This document shows positions 63,301 to 64,000 of a stretch of 64,000 nt of DNA, in pieces (position 1 is the stretch's first letter; each line of letters opens with the position of its first letter). The notes beneath the pieces were generated by a model. It was not told where the DNA came from and did no database searches. It saw only the letters and a list, made by a program, of their open reading frames with translations. Made by a program: the position numbers and the translations under genes. The DNA comes from Catajapyx aquilonaris (lineage: Eukaryota). The DNA lies in NCBI GenBank assembly GCA_000934665.2, contig KZ538292.1, positions 1-64,000 on the forward strand, in the 5' to 3' direction.

Positions 63301-64000
63301 CCATCCAAATGAGAAGAATATTTTCGCGCCCATACAACTGCGGTTCCGTTGTTCCTCCGACCGTCCTGCTGATGACCAGAAGGGAGACAAAAGAGGAGTT
63401 AATTCAGCCTGCAGCATCCAGCATTCCATCTCCACAAACAAACCCAGAGACGTCACAAACAAGGGCTTCATTTTCCGGGGGAAAAAAACCATCATCCGTT
63501 TTTATTGCGCCTGTCAAAACCGCACCCGCCACTGCGAATATGAATTCATCGACCACCATACATTCTCATAGCCGGAATGCGATTTATTACAATGGTTTAT
63601 ATCCCAGAGAAAAAGAAGTATGGACGGCAATTTCCTTCTGCAGAGGCGATACATCCCACAGAGGAAAATTCTATTAGCAAAAACCTAGGAGAATCAAGAC
63701 GTAAATGAAGACAAGCCCTTTCCCAAAAAATTCCACACGTCAGTCGTCGGCACTGTCGCATTTCGTTACCCCCCTTTTTATCCTTGGGAATAGGATAGGC
63801 GCATTGCAGAAAATCTGATTTGAGAATCCCCAAAAAAGGACTAGTCAAAGTTAGAGCCCTTTCCACCCTACACTGAAAGTTTCGTGTTCTATAAAACTGG
63901 ATGGCGGGATAAGGAGATTGAGTTTTCCACTTTTATAGGTGCCGTACACACTGTGCATATATGCACCAGGCCGAAAAATCGCAACATGGCGATCAACGGG

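Overview
This window reads as eukaryotic, most likely invertebrate animal, non-coding DNA. None of the six-frame ORFs looks like a real protein, and I found no rRNA, tRNA or CRISPR array. The best interpretation is the interior of a very long intron of a minus-strand gene. Two near-identical polypyrimidine-YAG|GTGAGTAC junctions at 6004/6005 and 49073/49074 look like recursive-splicing 'ratchet points', and a candidate minus-strand microexon lies at 10581-10590. Recognisable mobile or repeat elements are a hAT-type MITE with an 8-bp TSD (14579-14799), two related non-autonomous Helitrons (20903-21204, 31707-32072), a TA-flanked palindromic MITE (33595-33736), several foldback hairpins and several minisatellites. 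By eye the window alternates about every 1-2.5 kb between AT-rich islands and spacers full of G/C homopolymers and TAAT. The islands sit beside CTCF/YY1-like AGATGGC cores, GTTGCCA half-sites and promoter-type motifs, and carry most of the repeat insertions. All counts and periodicities are manual estimates and need computational confirmation.
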